From NCBI GenBank assembly GCA_041629915.1, contig JBFKMJ010000001.1, forward strand, positions 1 to 55,907: a stretch of DNA of 55,907 nucleotides, written 5' to 3'. The stretch's first letter is position 1. Each line of letters begins with the position of its first letter. Made by a program: the position numbers and the translations under genes. Under the pieces are notes generated by a model. That model worked only from the letters and a program-made list of their open reading frames with translations. It made no database searches and was not told where the DNA came from. Positions 55,188 to 55,907 of this stretch are shown piece after piece. The stretch comes from Gallionella sp. (GTDB taxonomy: Bacteria > Pseudomonadota > Gammaproteobacteria > Burkholderiales > Gallionellaceae).

Positions 55188-55258
55188 TTCAGTTCCTTTC
55201 TTTCAGGGTGAATCGCCCCGGGATTGCCGGAGACTCCAATTCTTGAGAGGATGGAGTC

Positions 55259-55907
<649 letters not shown>

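Overview
The window is almost certainly one complete, circularly permuted temperate phage genome of 55,766 bp. Bases 1-141 repeat exactly at 55767-55907, and the break falls inside a 1,309-bp IS3-family element whose removal restores an intact phage gene across the junction. The layout is lambdoid: a cro/cI switch with four ATTC-N6-GAAT operators, and an early minus-strand arm (O-like initiator with iterons, primase-helicase, nin-like genes, Q-like antiterminator, pR' and a lysis cassette). The early plus-strand arm carries RecT, YqaJ, SSB, xis, an attP matching a tRNA-Leu 3' end, and the integrase. The podovirus-type virion module ends in a 4,096-aa polyvalent protein. The most striking unexplained structure is an array of three integron-type gene cassettes at 10519-11925. 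It has three attC sites of canonical geometry, perfect R''/R' complementarity for each cassette, all attC sites antisense to their genes, and no recognisable integron integrase in the genome. A chromosomal-type parS palindrome directly abuts the attP core. All calls are from reading the sequence and recalling family motifs; no searches were run.
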